Of a stretch of 64,000 nt of DNA, positions 60,622-64,000 are shown piece after piece; position 1 is the first letter of the stretch, and each line of letters begins with the position of its first letter. A model generated the notes under the pieces. It had not been told where the DNA came from and searched no databases. It saw only the letters and a program-made list of their open reading frames with translations. The DNA comes from Podarcis melisellensis. Taxonomy: Eukaryota. A program made the translations under genes and the position numbers. The DNA lies in assembly GCA_964234715.1 (NCBI GenBank), contig OZ174285.1. One strand, given 5' to 3'.

Positions 60622-63278
60622 GTTGCCCGTGCTTAGCGTAAGGCAATTGCAGGAGAACATGTTGCAATTAAAGAATTGGGGAGGGGTGGGGAGGCATGTG
60701 AGACCAGAAAGCATCACAGCCATTGTGATCGTTCTCACACCTGCATTCATTTTCTGCTGTGCTAAACAACCCTTTTCATTAACCCTGCGTGATCTTTAAC
60801 CTCTTGTTATCCTCTAGGGTTCTGTCTTTGCCAATGAGGGGTTTTTTTCTTTTTTGGTCTTTCTGACTTACAGGTGGTTACCATAGCTATGTACACTTGT
60901 TTTCCATGGCGCACCGTGCACTTAGCAGCTCAGCGGGGCCTGCCGTTTCATACCTCTCACGGGTCTGGGGGTGGTTTGCATGTGCTTTTTCTGTTTCGTG
61001 GCTCATATGGTATCAATTACCATTTGATGGCAACGCCAGGCCCTAGGCCTTTCGCATGTTTGTCCTGTGAGAAAGATCTGGAAGAGCCGACATCTGGCTT
61101 TGATTGTTGCAATTGCAGGTTGATAGAATAAACGCAGGGTGAGGTGGGTGGGTTTTCCTTCCGGCCCTTTCCACTCTGGGCTGGTAATATGCTTCACTTG
61201 TGGTGCTGGTCTTTTCATCATCTTCCTCCCTCTCTCCCCCCCCAACAATCTCCCACCCCACATACCTCCCCTTCTCTCCCCCTCCCTCCTAAACTCCAAA
61301 TCACCACCAGCAACATGTGGCCCAAATTAGGATTTTTTTAATAATTTTTTTTAAAGCACCCTTCTGCTGGAAACCTGGAATGGATCAGTGCAGGAAATGG
61401 CGAATCTGCTCCTAACACATAGCAAAGTACAAACTGATTTTTCACTGCAAGTCAGGGAAATTTATCCCTACGACGGCAAAATAGTGTTTTCGTGGAAAAG
61501 TAGGAGGGAGAAGTGAAGAAGCTACCCAAATACATGTCTGTTTCCTTTCGGAAGGTTTGTGCAGGATCATGCCCTCTGCATAGTCGTTTGTTCGGCGTAG
61601 GAGGAATCTTTCCATTTCTTTTTTAGCTGAAACAGTAGGGTACCCAGAAAGAGTCTCATTACTGTTTCCCAGCAGGGGGATGCATACGTAAGTATGCCTA
61701 GGGGAGGGCTAGCAGACTGGCACAAAGCAAGATCCTAAATGAGTAAATAGAAACTTTTGAATGGGAAGCACTTTGTTTGGCTTTCCAGCAGGTCTGCCTT
61801 GATTATGCTGCCAGCCTGATTTTTCTAGGAAATGCCACATTCCGATAAAGAGATGGACATGGCATAGCACAGCTTGCTCCCTTGCCTGAAACTTCCCAAG
61901 GAAAATTAGGAATTTAGTCTACCTGAAAAACGTTGGCAGCCTTCCTGTCCCCGTCTATATGCCAGTGTGCATCCCAGTTACTTCAGCAGAAGTTATCCAT
62001 GTGGGCAGGATTGTAGCCTTAATTGGGAGGCTTGGGAGCCTCAATGGAGAAAGCATACCACAGCTTGCGGCCAAAAATAGGGCACCAGAGTTAAAGCACA
62101 GGAAAGTCTCGCAGGTCATTTTAACAACAGCACAGAGTCAATAGCCAGTTTTAAGTCTGAAGCTCGTGTGCGAAGGGCACTTCTTGGCCAAAGCAATGCA
62201 TGTGGCAGATAATTAAGTAGTTATTGTCAAAGAGAACACTTACAGCCACTTATAATCTACGCGTACCAATCTAACGGCTAGGCAGCTATTCCCAGATCTG
62301 TGCTCTTGCAGCAGTTGCAGCAATAGGGGACCACTCCCCTCCACCAGTTTATGTACCTTCTCCTGATGGGCTGTGTGCGCATAGCCAGAGACTACACCTG
62401 CACAGAAACTTCCTCTGCTTATCCCCTTTCATTTCCCTCCTGGATCTTGGAGATGGTGGTACAGGAAAGGGTGGGGAAGCACCTGGCCCTTCAGTTGCCT
62501 GACCTGCCTCTTCCTGCTCTTCTCTGACCCATACTGTGCTCCACCCTCCAGCTCCAAAGCTTCCCCTGCCTCTGATTCTTGCCTCCTGGCTGATACACGT
62601 CCCCACAAACCACTGCCCCCCATCTCCTAAGTCAGATTCTAGCCCCCCCCCCCCGCCTCCAGTTCACACTCATCAGCGTCCTGCCAGTCCCTGACATCTT
62701 GTAATCCCATAGCCCAACCACTAGGTTCTAGTCTAGAATGCAGAGGAGAATTCTGCAAGAAATAGTAAAATAACATGATGCATTTCCAAGGGTGGGTGCA
62801 TTTCCTGCTTTGTATTACAATAAGTCTAGACTTTATCCTGGGAAATCCAAATGTGTTTGTATCTTAAGAATCTTTTGAACAGCCTTCTGCAATACATAGC
62901 TTGGAAGGTTGGAGCAGAACTTGTACATTTTCTAGCACACATAAAATAAAATTACGTTTCAACAAAGTTTGGGCGTTTTTTATTTATTTATTACAAATGG
63001 TCTGTTTTGCAGAATATTGTTCAGTTGAATGGCAACCACTTGAGTTTGCTTTGGAACTGTGTTGGGCCCATTGTAGTGGTTTAAGGCAAGCAGACCAGCA
63101 TGGTCAAGAGATGGTCAGTAAAAGTGAATAGAAGAAGGAAACTGGTCAAAGGAGAGGGCTAATTAGCTATGCAGATCACAACAGTTCTACCCTTTGAACA
63201 CTGGGATTCCACATACACCCTAGATATTCTCAGTAAAATATTTCAAGTATATCTTCTATAAGCATGTTGATATCTCCC

Positions 63279-63847
63279 TAGGATGGCCATGTGTCCTACT
63301 TTACTGAGGATAGTCCTCTACCTGAAGGGCTGTCCAGTCCCCTGCCTGGAATGTAGAGAGAGCCATAAGAAGGGACCATGAAGTTGCCTTTCTGGACCTC
63401 AGACTGAGCAGGCAGGTGCATAGGTCACTTGATCAAAATCTTGTTCCTCACTCTGTTGAGATAATATTTCTAAATTTGAATCTATGCATATAGAGTGTCA
63501 CATGGGGAGAGGTGGTCTTTATCCTTTCCCCTTACCTTCTTGAATACTGTAGGCCAATTGCAGTCCTTCAACCCCCTCCATCTGGCACTCAGAACACTCC
63601 TCATGCTGTTCTCCCTATCCCCATGTGCCCCCTGAAATTGGCTTTGGGGGGCAGGTGAACCCCCAGAACAGCACAGCGGCAGGTGGGAGAGAGAGATTCC
63701 CCCTTCTAGTAAGCTGAAATTGTTGTGCAGAAAGAACCTTCATCTTAGCATAGCCCTGACTTCTACCCTTCCTTTTTTTTTTTTTACTCCCGAAATTGGC
63801 AGCAGTGGGGCCCATTATGCATGGTGGTGTTCTAAAATGTCACCCTG
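63279..63847. mobile_element. Possible old hAT (TAGGGTGACC-type TIR) element remnant
   Basis: Left end taggatggccatgtgtcctactttactgaggatagtcctc; possible right end atgtcaccctg. Confidence 0.35.
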
Positions 63848-64000
63848 TTGAAAAAGTAACATGACGTACACAGTCTACTGTATGTCTCAGTTAAGGGACT
63901 TTTTCGTTGTAGGACTTAGCTAGGGTATATTTGATATTGTACTTTCAGATCTTTTCTGGAGTTGTTCCATGGTGGTTTTTTTTCCTTTTCTTTTAAGTAT

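Larger units (their letters stand above)
992..64000 (+). other. TCF4: Very long TCF4 intron (>63 kb) containing internal alternative promoter(s)
   Basis: Starts with the gtaagt donor at 992. The expected next exon (VYAPSASTADY...) was not found in the window. Confidence 0.85.

Overview
Vertebrate genomic DNA, AT-rich and repeat-rich. The SINE, LINE and MITE repertoire (Squam3-type SINE, Bov-B, L2, CR1, hAT MITEs) indicates a squamate, most likely a lacertid lizard (inference). The whole window lies inside the TCF4 gene (E2-2/ITF2, class I bHLH E-protein) on the + strand. It holds two internal coding exons (644-773, 130 nt; 942-991, 50 nt) that encode the bipartite NLS region [14 protein letters not shown]...[28 protein letters not shown] long intron starts at 992 and runs past the window end; the next exon (VYAPSAS...) was not found. 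About 30 kb into the intron is an internal promoter with the alternative first coding exon of the short isoform TCF4-A (31302-31370, MYCAYTIPGMGGNSLMYYYNGKA). The rest is intronic: transposon remnants (several with clean 8-bp TSDs and nested insertions), microsatellites, four N-runs and candidate regulatory or cryptic-exon elements. Almost all ORFs in the supplied track are spurious. I found no convincing wholly novel gene system. The best leads are the N-runs clustered at the TCF4-A promoter, candidate extra promoters and 5' or poison exons, uORFs, and inverted-repeat dsRNA structures in the pre-mRNA.
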